A stretch of 64,000 nucleotides of DNA, taken from Psammoneis japonica. Its lineage: Eukaryota. Below, piece by piece: positions 34,016-46,880 of the stretch. The position numbers and the translations under genes are program-made. Location of the stretch: NCBI GenBank assembly GCA_008632985.1, contig QPGO01000139.1:1-64000 (forward strand), in the 5' to 3' direction. The notes below the pieces were generated by a model. The model was given only the letters and a program-made list of their open reading frames with translations. It ran no database searches and had not been told where the DNA came from. Position 1 is the stretch's first letter. Every line of letters begins with the position of its first letter.

Positions 34016-35954
34016 CACAACAACAACGACAACAATGACAACAACGACAACAATGACAACAACGACAACAACGACAACAACAATGACAACAAGCAACAAC
34101 AACAGCAGTTGGCCCAACAATGCAAAGGACCTGAGCCTTGCCCAGAAGAGCAGCTCCAGCAATGCTGTGGCATGCCACTGCTGGGGTGCACCAGGGCACA
34201 AGTCCCCAGGCTGCAAACATCTGAGCAACATTGCACACAACAGCTGCTGGTTCAAAAGCACCTGAACAAAACTGGATGTTGGGGGGCAGAGGCACACACA
34301 AACTTCAGCAGCAGGCAATGATGACCACCTGTTGGTGGATGGCAACAACGTGAGTGTCAACACCACCAGATCTAGCCAGCTGACCCACTCCAGCTGGAGC
34401 AGGAGCACGGCATGGCATGATGGGTTGCAACTGACAAACAAAAGGTCAGAAACAAGAAGTGTGAGCCAAGCCAATGCAGGCATCAAGAGCAACAAAATTG
34501 TCCTTGACAATGGCTTCACCCTCAGCATGCTGGACAAGAAGACTGGTGAGCAAGTCACAGTGTTTGGAGTTGACAATGTTGGACCATGTGCAATCACACC
34601 AAGCCAGCAATTCTTTGACCATGCAAAACATCTCCAAGAAGGTGAGTTGCATGTGAGAGCACTGAACTGTGGGTCTGATGGGGGGACATGCAAGCACTCA
34701 GACTATCTTGCAAGGCTGGAACACCCAGTGTGAGGGATTTTCAAGTGATTTTTGCATTCAAACCAGGTGAAGATCTTGTCCATCACACCTGAAGACATTG
34801 ACAGAATGGCAGCTGTTTGGGGTCCACCAATGGATGCACTGAAAGGCAAGACCAAACACATGCATTTTTTTCATGAGAGGAACAATGCCACAACAGCCAG
34901 CACACCTCAGCCATGCCAGAAGCAGAGAGAAGCAAGGTGTGATCCTCTGCATCAATGCTTTAGAAGCATGCTGAGTCAAGATGCTGCACGTGACAGACAA
35001 GACAATCAAGTGCCAATCAAGTGTGAGGCTAAAGTCAAAAGCACACTGATGTGTGGTGCAACACACTGGGACATGATTCTCCAACAGCACAACATGGTGC
35101 CACTCAAGTTTGGCTTCATTGCATGTGATCCCAAGTTGATGCAAAAGACAAGAGAGAGGGTCACACATTTGGGTGTGGTGAGAACACATCTTCTCTGCCA
35201 AAGTGGCATGACCCATCATTGAGAAGGCTCAGGTGCTGATGGAAGACATGAACAAACACATCAAACAGCATGCTCCAGAAGTTTGTGAACACATGTCTGC
35301 CACTGTTCCAACATTCTCCATGCACAAGGACAATGATGTGAGTGCACACCATGTGAGATTGGAGTGCATGACAGCAAGCACATTTGACCAAGGAACATTG
35401 GTGTGTCATTGGAGGCTGAGCCTCAAGGCAGGGCAAGGCATGTTGTTGCAAATGGAGGCAACGCACAGACAGTGTCATCAAACAGATGAGTTACAGCAAG
35501 TTTGTTGCTGGATCAAGAGGCAGGGATTTGAAGTTGGCCAAGACAGAAGTGATCCTCAATGCTCTTGGCCCAAAATTTAAATCATCAGCACAAACAACAG
35601 GAGTGTTTTGGAACATCCAGATCATCGGTGTTGTGAGGAATGCAGTGGCCCATTGAGAAAAAATGCTTTGACTCCTGATGTGGCATTGTGAGCAACCATT
35701 GGTGAAGGAATTTGAAGCTGCTGATCTCTCACCTCTGCTTTGGGCCTTCATCTCACCAGTTGTTTGGAGCAAATCATTTGGTGTGTCATCTGCTTGCCAT
35801 TTGGCATCACTGAGCACTGGTTGTTGCACAAGTTTCAAGTTTGCATTGACAACTTCTGGGCAACCAATCTGCTGTCAAGGTGAATGCAGCAAGCATCACA
35901 GGAAGCCCTGTGGGGCTCCCTTTTGGCAACATTGACTTGCCAGTTCAGCACTCA
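32976..35954 (+). mobile_element. Ancient, internally deleted Ty1/copia (CoDi-type) element with diverged LTRs (about 32976-33236 and 35700-35954)
   Basis: Flanking direct repeats share ctcacctctgcttt, ttgttgcacaa, gacaacttctgggcaacc and gcatcacaggaagcc. Internal relics: IVLDNGFTLS (protease-like), ITPEDIDRMAAVWGPPMDALKGKT (CoDi pre-integrase-like), KFGFIACDPKL (RT-like). Confidence 0.6.
33934..34107 (+). repeat. (CAA)n / (AAC)n imperfect microsatellite
   Basis: About 170 bp of caa/caaaa/gacaa units inside the relic gag region. Confidence 0.9.
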
Positions 35955-37199
35955 GGGCCCAAACAAACAAACTTGGAAGAGAAAGAAAATCCTTGCTTGT
36001 GAGGACCAGCAAAGCCAGACAACACCAGGTGCTCCTCTTTGTTCTTCAAATCTTGCACAGGCTGAAGCATTGCCATTGCAAACTCCTCATCCAACCCAAA
36101 GCATTTGAGTGCCTTGCCACAAAAAAAGACTGGGCACACTTGCAAGTTCTTTGTTGACAATGCCAAGAACTTGTTCAAAACATTGCTTGCTGTGCCATTT
36201 TTTCAACTGCAGCACAAACAACAAAGCATCAAAGTTGAGCATGTTGCTGCCCTGCTGAAGTCAACCTGCACTGGTGCATTGTGCTCAAAGAGCAAGTGCA
36301 AACAAGAGCAGAACAAATCACAAAAAGTGGAAAATTGTGAGATTGGATTTTGCTCTGCCAGTCTGGGTTTTTCCATGTGGGCTCTCAATGGCCCAAAGCA
36401 TTTGCACTGTGGTTGTTGCATGTCACAGTGCTCACAGAAGCTTGCAGAACAATCAATTTCAAATTTGGCTCAGCTGTGAAATGACCACATGTCCAGTCAA
36501 CTTCTTGGACAAAGCAAGCAGTTTCTCACTGACAACACTGCATTTGCCAGTCATCATCATGATGCAATGCTGCTGTGCTCAAACTGTCTGGACACACTTG
36601 CAATGATTGTCAATGTGTCTTCTGCATCCTTGAGACTCTTTCCAGGAAAAGCAAATTCAAGCTGAGCTGCAAAAAACTTTGGTTCTGAGTCTCAAGTCTG
36701 GGAGTCAGCAGAAATCTGAAACTGCACTTGCAAACTTCTTTCACATTAGCTTGGTTTGGACTGCATGCACTCCAACACTGCCCATGCATTGGTTTTGACT
36801 TCAGCACTGGCTTTCTGAGGACAATGACAAGCTCAATTAAAAATCCAGTGCACACACAAAATGAGGGCACATCTGACAACAAGAGTTTGGGTGACTGCAG
36901 GTCTTTTGAGGACAGTGCCCATGCTTGTGTCTGTTTGTTGATGGCATGCCATTTGCAAAATGGTTTGGTGTCAATGGTCCTGGCACATTTGTCACACCAC
37001 AATTTGCACTTGGCATGCCACAAAGAGGTCCTTGTCTCTTTCTCATCTCCTGCGGGGGCTGCTCCTGCTGCAGTTTTCATGATTTTTACACTCGCAACAC
37101 ACCTCTTCACATCTTTTGTTTTGGCCCCATGTGGGTGCATGTTGATGATGTGACGTGGCCATTGCTTTGATGCTTCTTGTGACTGTGTGCAGTCTCATT

Positions 37200-39400
37200 T
37201 TGATTGCTCATGTGCATGAGAGGGTTTTCCTTGTTTTTCATGTTCTTGGCAGCAGTGGCTGCCTTGAATCAATGCATGACTCATGCTTGCCAAGATTCAC
37301 ACATCCAGGACACTCAATTGGCATGCTTTTTTCTGGCTTGCACCCCCTCCAGCACATGCTTGTGGGCTCCATGCTGCCACACCTCAGCTCTGCCTGGAAC
37401 AAACCACTCTCTCCCACAAAGTGGCACAGTGAAGGCAAGTCAAGTCAATGATCAATGCAACAAGTTGAGATGGTTGGGCATGTGTGCAATGTTTGCAACT
37501 GCACATGACTCGTGAGCATTGCTTGTGTTCACAATGAAAGTTGGCCACCAGCAAGCAAGAAGGCAGCCAGGGTGTGGGGTCAGCAGCCACAGGCTTGGAG
37601 TTGCCAGCAGCAGGCTGAGCAACTGGCTCCCTTTGACTGGGTGCAGATGGGTTGGGAGTCAAGAGATTTCTTTTTTCAGCATTGGCGCATCTTCTTGGAG
37701 ATGCCTTGACTGTTCCACAGGAGGGTGTCTTCCAACTTGCCAGAACAACAAGGGGGACCCCTTTGGCTGGCCTGGCTTTTTTGCTCCCTTCACCTGTTGT
37801 TGTCCATCCTTCAACCTGGACACTCCTCCACCAGACGGCATTCATGTGGAAGTGGAGCTCATCACATGGCCATCAACTTGAAACAAGCTGGCATTTTTTG
37901 TTGAAGGATCATTCCTGTTTTGAGTTGGAGACACCCTGTCACAGCCTTGGCTCAGCTGCACCTCTTGGCAAGAACACATGTGAATGTTGTCACAGCATCT
38001 TGACACAGCTGCAAGTCTGTGGACACATTCACATGGCTTTTGCACAAGTGATGGGCATGAACGGATGTAAGAAGTCACATCTTGTGTGCTGCTGCTGAGA
38101 TGGCAGCAGCTGGCAAGGTGAACAAACACTGATCTTGTCTTGTGGCTCCAGAGTCCAGAGTGCCATGCATCCCAAGAAGCAGAAGTTGTTCCCTGTCACT
38201 GTGTGAACAGAAGGCTGGGATGGGAGGAGGGAAATTTTCAGTGTGGGGCACCATTTTTGGTTGGCAAACAGATCTCATGTCACACCAATGGCTCGCCAAG
38301 AACAACAAGGGATGTGCTTGGGCAGGCCTTGTCTTGCCATCGGCCATCTGTCCATCTCACTTCCACATCTGCACTGCTGTTGCTTGGTGTGCAAGGTGGG
38401 TGATGACAACTCCAAGAGCCCAACTGCCAACAAGAGATTCCACTCTGTCTTTGTCTTCTTGCAAGCTCAGCTCTCATGTGCTTTTGGCTCAGTGTGGACC
38501 TGAGCAGGATTGCTGCTGTGGCCAATTGGAGCTTTGATGTCTGACATTGAAATGCAAGCCAAAAGCATGACAAAACAATGTGTGAGTCCATGAACATCAC
38601 TCATTTGTCAGCCAACACAAACAACTGTCAAGTGATTGAGAAGCGGTGCACATGGTCTGCAAGTGCCTTGTTGACATGACTGCACCTGAGTGGCTTAAAA
38701 ATTCTTCCCATGTGGACCCCAAGTGTTTGACACAGCATCATCATGATGTTGTTGGTGCAAACAAAGGTGATTGGTGGTGGCAGTCCAGCCAATCATTTGC
38801 ACACATTGATGATCAGATGTAAAAATTGCAAGATTCTGGTGTTTGACACAGAAGCATGAAATTGACGTGGTCTTGATGATGGCAGAAAACAGCCCAGTTG
38901 GGTCAGAACTGCCAAGGAGGTCAACATCACTGTGCACAATCTTGCCTGGTTTGTCTGCAGCAGCCCTGGATGCCTTGGGCACCTGTGGGGGGTCTGGCCA
39001 GCATTGGTGGGCCCAGAGCACAGAGCACACATGTGGGGCGGGGGGCAGCAGGGATGTTGGCAATGTTGGTGTCAGGATGGTGTGTGCACAAGGCAGCTGC
39101 CCCACTGACCCCGCTCCAGTCATTTTGTAATTTGTTTCACACCTGGCACACACTGTTCTTCTGTGTGTGGCATGTGCATGGTCTGCTCCTGCTCAGCAGC
39201 TCTCATTGCAGCGCGTGCCTTTGAAGTGCTGGTGCCCCAAACACATGGGCATGTTGTGGTGGGGACTCAGGGGCAGCGCAGCATCATTGTGTTGGCAACA
39301 AGCCTTGGCTGACTTCACACTGCAGTTCAGTGTGCTGGTGCTTTTTCAAGGGTGGCAACACCCTGTTCCCAACCAACTTGCAAACCCTGCTGCTGGGGGG
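37200..39400 (+). mobile_element. Possible relic of a tyrosine-recombinase (DIRS/Ngaro-like) retrotransposon
   Basis: Weak motif resemblances in the expected order: TIFGWQ (RT), CTAVAWCARWVMTT (RNase H-like), GLRGSAASL (SLR.GGA-like box of YR). Heavily mutated. Confidence 0.2.
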
Positions 39401-39559
39401 TGCCCATGGTGTGGCAGGTGGTCCCATGCTGGCCAACTGGGCATTGACTTCTGAGCACATTTCCATGGATGGTGGCTCACAGTGAGGCCAGAGACATGTG
39501 AGTGGGCATCCATCTGCACAGCAACCAAGGACAATTCAAAGCAGCACACAGGAAAGCCT

Positions 39560-42300
39560 GTGGTGGCCAATCATCTGTCCCCTCAAAGATGGGGCAGCAA
39601 GGTCTGGCGCTGGGGCTGGGAGGTCTGTTCACTCTTGCCAGGAGCAGAGCCAATTGTTTGCAGCCAACTGGGTGTTGTGGACAAGAAGGGCTGGTGCAAG
39701 GTGTTGCATGGTGGGGTTGTGAGGTCACACTCAACACTCCAGCTCAGCTGGCGGCATTGGCAACCATGGTGGAGAGGGGGGGGGGGGGGGAGGTGCACTG
39801 GTGCACAACTTCTTTCTGATTGGTGGAGAGCGGTGCTGTCACATTGCACCTGCAGGCCACTTGGCAGCAGTGCATCTGCAGACTTGTGCAAAAGCAGCTG
39901 CTGGGGGGAGCTGCAGGTCCAGCCAAGGGGGGGGGGGCTTCTTGATCCACCATGAAAGACAAGGATGAATGGAGAGGGGTGTGCCACATGCACACCAGAG
40001 GGCACCTGTGGTGTGTGAGCAGTTGGGGGACACCCACACTTTGCCGAGATGATGTCATCAGCACTGTCCAAGAAGATTGTGGAAGTGCACTTCATTTCAC
40101 CCCTTCTTGACAATGAGTTGGAAGGTGTCAACCTGCACATTGTCAGGTGCAGCATGATGGAGGAGGCAGCCCCACCACCCAACGAGCCTTGAGCACCCAG
40201 TCAGACATGGCTGGTCAGAGCTCAGTGGTGCCAAGCATCTTGCCGTCATCAACGAAAGACCTGCCACTGTTTGCACGGCAATTGCATGGGCCAAGATGGT
40301 GGGCACATTCTTCATCCTTGTGACTGTCTGCTGGTTGCTTGATGTTGCAACAATCAACAACAACAAAGAATGACCTCCTTGGAAGATGCAGCAGTGTCTT
40401 GCCAAAGGTGTGCAAATCTTGGGTTCACTGTTCAATTGGTTTTTTGCAGAAAGCTCACAATTGACAGCACCTGTGGCTGCATTTCCAGGTTTAACAACAG
40501 CCTGCATTTCCATCCAGGAAGGCAGGGGGGCAATTGCAGCCTTCTGGCCAATGTCATGAGCTCCAGTCAAACATCTGCATTGTTTGACATTGTCATTCAA
40601 AAGGGAAAGGAAAGACTTGCAAGCCTTGATTTGGTTGAGCTGAGGAGGAACCACTCCAACAAATCTCTTCCTGAGGCAAAGGCATGCCACAGCCTGAGTG
40701 CAAACCTCCAGTTTCCAATCGTCTTGGGCTTGGGTGCATTGCCAAAATGATGGAAGTCCTCTCATCCACACCATGCTCCTCCTTGTGCAAGTGGAACAAA
40801 AGTGGATGAACAACTTGGACAAGTGGAAGCCAAAGAATTCATCTGCCATGTCAGCCAGGTTGCAGCCCATCCCAAGTGCCAACCAAAAGGAGCATCTGGG
40901 CTGTTGCACTCAAAAAGCACAGACCTGGAGTGCAGGCATGTGTTGCACATTGGACAGAAATCAACTCAAGGCAGTTAAGCTGGAACACCAAACACAAACA
41001 ATGGCACACCTCACAGACAAGTTGGGAGCATCCATTGGGGTCTAGGTTGCACTTGTTTTTGATGGTGAAAAACCCAGGCAACCAGCTGGTGTGCTCACCA
41101 TCATGCAATCCATTGCTGACACTGTGCCAAGACAATCAAATCATTGGAAGTTCCTGACATGCTGGGCCAGAATGGGATCACAGGCATCTTGATTTTTGCC
41201 ACATCATTGCACCCCTTGTGCATCTGCAAGTTGATTGCACAACATTTCAATTCGCTGGTTGCTGGGTCTGGTTGCATGCTCGACAGACCAATGACTTTGC
41301 TGCTGTCACCATTCTTGGTGTCATCTTGACACTCACAATCAAAGCCAGGTGCTTGCCATGTGGTGATGATTCTTGAACAGTCCATCATTGCCTTGGGGGG
41401 TCCATTGTGCTGCCAAACATTGTGCTGTGCTGTGGATGATTGGGGTTGGCAAAAGGGTGCTGACCCTTTGGGATGAAGGGTGCCATCTCACCTGACAATC
41501 CAGCAGCAATGGAAGATTTGATCATGGCATTGACAAAGGCAGGATTGGGCTCACGCTCGCTGGATTTTGACTGCAACTTGGGTGGCACATGTGTGGCTTG
41601 AAGCATGCTGGGACAGCTGTGTCCATCCGTGCTGGCAGTGTGTCCATTGGATTGGCCACCGGCGGCAAAGCCAACATCACAGAAGTCACTGGGTTTCTGC
41701 CATTTCATGGAGTTTTTCTTTGGAATGGCATTGAATTTACATCCAAATTCAATGCCCTCATGGACTCCACGCCAGTCAACCTCCTTCACCAAAAAGCACC
41801 AGCACCTTGGTCTCCTTTGTGGATGATTGTTGTGTTGTGTCATTGGTGTGGACAAACATTTTGGGATTGCACAAACACACAGCTGGAGACACACCCAGAG
41901 CTTCAAAAATCTGCTTCAGCTGCCTCATCAAAAAACCAATCTGGCGCTGGGCATGACCATGCTTGCCTTTGTGCAACAAATGTCCTTGGCACTTTGCCTG
42001 GGGCCAACAGCGAATCTCGGACACACACTCAAGGATGCGGTCAATGTCCAGTTTGCCTCTGTCAATGAAAGTGGATTTTTCTTCTCTGGAAAGATCAAAC
42101 CACTTGTCATTGAACTTCTTGATGAAAAAGCCATGGTTGAAAATAGAGTTCTTGTAGAGAGAAGCTGGCAAGGAGCGGCACAGATGCTGGAAATCTTGTG
42201 CAGTTTGGATGGGAGACATGGGTGGGCAGAAGCATTTGTTTGATGGATTGGCAGAAGCACACCATCAGTGTTTGCACCATGGGAAGTGGCAACATCAGCA
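39560..42300 (-). pseudogene. Decayed long coding relic, possibly an endogenised negative-strand RNA virus L (RdRp) gene
   Basis: Ordered motif resemblances: NQIK...(F), GAQGSLGGGAASSIMLH (B), LDSADDII (C), HKS...VQCDS (D/E). No clear motif A. Confidence 0.25.
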
Positions 42301-43249
42301 AGAACACTGCTCTCATCAAAACTGGCAGGGTCACCATCAGAGAGCAGGTGCAAAGCAGGGGAACTGCTGCCATTCTCATCAACATCATTGGTGTCACAAT
42401 CAAGGAAGAGGTGGCAAGGATCCAAGGCAGCAGTGTCAACAGTGGAAACCACTGAGGGGGGGAATCAGGGGAGACAAGCAGCCTGCCAACCCTGTCCATG
42501 CTTGGCTGACATTGAAAACTCAGTGCTGAGGGTGGAGCTTCAATGGCCAAAGCGGCTGTGCAAGTGAGGAAATGCCACCCTGTCTTCATCTTGTCAAGCC
42601 ATGCAGACAGGGAGAAGAGGCACCCAGAGGGCAAAGTCACAGCATTTGACTTGGCACTCCCCTTGCAATGATGTTTGTGCTTCCTGCCATGATTGCCAGA
42701 GTGACGGCACTTGTTGTCAGTGTGACGTTGCGAATGATGCCTGGCCCCCATTTCACCTGGAGGAGGCTGCAAAAGAGTGGTGGCTGAGGGACCATGATGC
42801 AACACATGTCACAATGCACACAAGGCAGCATCATTGGGGCATTGGTGTGGATGCTTGCCATGTGGCAGTCTTTTGCCATGGTGGCTGCTGAATTTCTTTT
42901 TGGCATGCTGTTTCATGTCGTGCGTGGGAGGAAATCCAACCGTTGAGAGTTCAAACTGAGCATTGAGTTCAAATTCTCATCAAATGTCTGTCTTTAATTG
43001 ACACAACATAAAGTTGCATGCTCTTGGAAATGTCACATGTGTGTGAAGCCAATGGATGGTCAGTCAACCACTTGGCGCACATGACGCAGGCATGACGTGA
43101 GATTGTTGCCCACTTTCCGGGAGGGCCATCTCCTCCTTGATGCCAATGCATCAGATGCCCATTTGCGGCCCACACATGAGCCGCAATTTTTTTCAAATCT
43201 TCAATGACAGAGACAATTGATGAACAGACCCCACAGTTGAATTCTCCAC

Positions 43250-44450
43250 ACCCAAAAACATGGGAATCTACACTTCAACTGTTGAAAAGGACCCACACTG
43301 GTTGTTGTTGTGGCCTCGTTTTTGAGCAATTTTTTGCCAGTTTCTCCCTCCACCATGGCAGACCCTGTGGCTGCTCCCACCAGCAAAAGATGTTCACTCC
43401 AGAAACCTCAGACGCCTGACAACATCATTGGGGAAATGCTGGGGTGGACATGTCAGAATTGCTTGCAGCAGGAACAGACACGTCTTTTTCACCTGTCAAA
43501 GACATGCCACAAAACCCAGCATCACAGTCTGCAGCAGAAGCACCAACTGTTCCCCCCCATGCATGCTCCCCCTCCAAGTCTTCCTGCGAGCCACCAGTGG
43601 CCAAGAGAGCTCAACTTTGACTCAGCTTTGCAAAGCAACAAAGGCAAGACAATGTGGGAAAAGAAGAAACGTGAGTTTGCATTGTTGCTGCAATGGTTGC
43701 TCACTGTCACTGTTCCATTGCTGTTCCAGCATGCTGCCATTGCTTGTCAGTGTCACTTGGAGCCAGTTTGGGTTGAGGCAACCGAGCCAGAAGATGAGGT
43801 GGAAGTGGAGTGTGAGGAGGCGTGGAGGAAGAAGAAGGTCAAGAGTGCCGGCGGCATCATTTGTCTTTGCACCGCTGCATCTTTGCTCTTGCGGGTTTTG
43901 AAAAACAACAACACTCACATGTCTGTTTTCACTCATTCACTGCCACATGTTGTTCCAGTGGCTTCTTGGGAAAAGTCTTGGCACCGCTGCCCGTCATTGT
44001 CATTTGAACGCCAAACCATCCCCACCATGTCAGAGTGCAGCACCACCCCCCTGAGTTTTCAGTCATGACACCTCTTTTGCCCAGTCTGCCCTTTGAAGGT
44101 CTGGTTCAAGTGCCGCTCTTGGAAAGTGACAAGAGTGATTGACTGTGTGTTGGTCTTTTGGGAAAAATGACAGAGTGCACCATTGATGTCCAGCAGCAAA
44201 ATTGGGTTTGGCAGCAACATTGGGTTTGTTGTTGTTTGGATTGTGTCACATCGCTCTTCCAACATTGATCTTTCCCGCAAAAATGACAACGAGACAAGCT
44301 TTGTTTTAAGAATTGTGGCCAATTTGCGGCCCACGTGTGGGTCGCAAAAACATGCGATAAGAATTTTTTGCCATTGTCGTCGGTCTCTCATGCACTCAAG
44401 CATGACAGGCCTGTCACACTTCCAGTGCGTGGACAGACGAAGTTTCAACG
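43250..44450 (-). mobile_element. piggyBac-like transposase relic
   Basis: MRDRRQWQKILIACFCD, ITLVTFQERHLNQTFKG, AACWNSNGTVTVSN and CMGG occur in the order of PGBD motifs MSRNRF..LHF.D, ESMVPF.GRH..KQ..GK, W.DN..VT..SN, YN..MGGVD. Confidence 0.4.
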
Positions 44451-44519
44451 TCCAACAACAGACAGTTGCAAGCAGATGGCATCACCATTTTTAGCTCTGT
44501 GTCACATGTGCACAAAAGG

Positions 44520-45590
44520 GCGACTGCACATCCAACCGTTGTTCACACTGGCGACATGCAAGCATGTGTGCCACAACACCCCCCTTCAAACCAATGCTCG
44601 GATGTTCACGAAGTGCGTTGGCTTGCACTGCATTCAGAGGCAGACATTTTTCCAGTTGTCAGTGTCTGGTGCGCGTGTTTGTGTGTTTTCATTGTGTGTT
44701 GCAACTGTCAGTGCAGTCGCCGGAGAGGTGTCTCCCACACCTGCGGGCACACTTTTTGTGTGTGTTGCATTTTTTGGCCACATGTTTTGATGTTTGTTTG
44801 TTGTGATGGCTGCTCTGTCAGGCACCTCGCACCCTGCTGGCTTCTCGCACCCTGGCTGGAAGGCATGTTTTGTGAGCTCCTCTTGCGCAGACATTTTCTG
44901 CATGTCAGTTTGGCTGTTTTGCAGGCATTTGCCCCCCTGCGTTGCCGCGAACTTTTTTTGCATGAATTCGAGGCGTCGAACCTGCGACCATCAGCGCGAG
45001 GGACGGGGACATTGTGATGTGTTCATTTGCGCAGTTGTCAATGTTGGCCTCGCATTGGATGGGGACATGCTCGGTTCGAATGGGGACATGGTGAGGCACG
45101 CTCGTCACGCTTTGGGGCACAATGGCGCGCGTGTTTGTCAAATTGTTGACGCAGGCCTCCTTGCGCTTTGGGGCACAACAGCCACCATGACGCCAGAGGG
45201 GACACAACAGGGATGCGCTTGTCAGGAACGGGGACATTGCAGCATGAGGAACGGGGACATTGTGATGCATTCATTTACATGGTTGTCAACATTGGCCTCG
45301 CATCGGACGGGGACACGCTCTGTTCGAACGGGGACATGATGGGACAAGCTCGTTACGCTTTGGGACATAGCAATGCATTCATTTTTTTTAATTGTTAATG
45401 TAGGCCTCGTTATGTTTTGGGACACGCTCGTTACGCTTTGGGATATAATAATATATTAATTTATGAAATTGTTAATATAGGCCTCCTTACGCTTTGGGAC
45501 ATAATAACCACCACGACACCAGAGGGCACATCCAACCGTTATGTATTCACACTGGTGATATGCAAATAATAGAGTACACCATAACACTCT
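44520..45590 (+). repeat. Tandem/dispersed repeat units straddling the right border of domain A
   Basis: 45097-45200 is collinear with 45423-45526; about 45002-45160 resembles 45250-45410; 44526-44580 resembles 45526-45587. Confidence 0.85.
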
Positions 45591-45689
45591 GCAGCTACTG
45601 TACAGAGTATCGCCAAACGGACAGCCATGCCTTCACACTTGCCTGAACTCCTCCGTCAAAACCATGTCAAAACGAAGCTGGAATAAACA

Positions 45690-46487
45690 ATGACTTCACT
45701 GCTACAACAATTCCTTCTTCCGGCCGTCGGGTTGTTCGATTCATGGTGGACAACGATGACAGATTCACAACGTTGTGCAGTCGTGGCCAACGTCTTATTT
45801 TGGATGTGGAGTGGCGTTTGTTGGATGTTAGATCGGTACAGCACGCAAGAGCGAAAAACACCGGTCGGCAAATGGTTGCACCAACAAAAGATACAGGGTG
45901 ATGTCGCATTCACGTACTGTACGACGAATCCTCAATTAGGATGGAAGATCTTACGTATCGCTGCATTGAACATGATCGCTGTAACACCCATCATTGCAAT
46001 TGGTGCAGAATATTTATTCAACACACTGTACGGTGCTGATCGACGATTGACATGTAGCGATGAGTGGAGGGCAACGATTGAGATTCCTAAACTGGTCATT
46101 TCATTTGCAACCGTATCTGTTTGGTTCTATTCGACACATCGGATGCTGCACTGGAAATACTTTTACAAGACGATTCATAAGCTGCACCATAGTGTCACAG
46201 CACCGATGGCCATGTGTGCCGTCTACACGCACCCGATCGAATTCGCGGTGGGGAATGTTGCCGGTGTTGCACTTGGACCAATCCTAACAAACGCTCACCC
46301 CTACACTTCTTATGTGTGGTACGGACTGGCGTTGACCGATACCTGTCGGATGCATTCCGGCTACAAATTTTTGGGTTCATCCCGACATGATGACCATCAT
46401 AACGAACACTTCAATCACAACTTTGGTAACCGGGTGATGGACACCGTCTTCAGAACGCATGCGCCATCATCCCGGAAAAAAATGTAG
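45690..46487 (+). CDS. Fatty acid hydroxylase / sterol desaturase family protein
   Basis: His boxes HRMLH, HKLHH, HDDHH; YTHPIE; MHSGY; NFG...MDTVFRT. Confidence 0.88.
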   Translation: MTSLLQQFLLPAVGLFDSWWTTMTDSQRCAVVANVLFWMWSGVCWMLDRYSTQERKTPVGKWLHQQKIQGDVAFTYCTTNPQLGWKILRIAALNMIAVTPIIAIGAEYLFNTLYGADRRLTCSDEWRATIEIPKLVISFATVSVWFYSTHRMLHWKYFYKTIHKLHHSVTAPMAMCAVYTHPIEFAVGNVAGVALGPILTNAHPYTSYVWYGLALTDTCRMHSGYKFLGSSRHDDHHNEHFNHNFGNRVMDTVFRTHAPSSRKKM

Positions 46488-46880
46488 GAACGAATAGATT
46501 GCAACACTTCACTAGACTGACTTCTGCACACTGAATACTGTAGATTAACGATTAACTCTCAACAAGAAAACAAATGCACGCGCGACAGTACACAGTCGCA
46601 CACCACCATTTTGGTAAGCAAAATGGATCATCATGGTCATGAGAATTCAGAAGTTCAGTTCCAGTACCCACACACATGTTGTTGTTGTCAGTGCTGTTGC
46701 GCATCGAAGCGAAACCCCACGTACAATTAGTCTGCCCATCATCCGAAAACGCTGGAAAACGAGCTACCACCCAAACGACAACAAAACAACAAAAAGGATT
46801 TCGTCGATCGGCCATGGCCGCATAGCAGCGCCGATTGCATCAACAACAGTGACACCGCCCTTGTACATCTCTTCCCAACC

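Larger units (their letters stand above)
31505..45340. other. Hypermutated repeat domain A (TpA-free, mostly CpG-free, TG/CA-rich)
   Basis: By eye, no TA and no CG in 36001-36600. ORFs here nearly lack Tyr, end almost only in TGA, and are Cys/His/Gln/Trp-rich. Confidence 0.92.

Noticed and set aside
41727..41756. 12-bp perfect hairpin GGCATTGAATTT-N6-AAATTCAATGCC, and a plus-strand IEFTSKF resembling RdRp motif E
   Set aside because: Isolated, with no terminator or TIR context; the peptide is on the wrong strand and position for the proposed relic.
31505..45340. Classical fungal RIP
   Set aside because: RIP enriches TpA and depletes CpA/TpG; the opposite is seen here.
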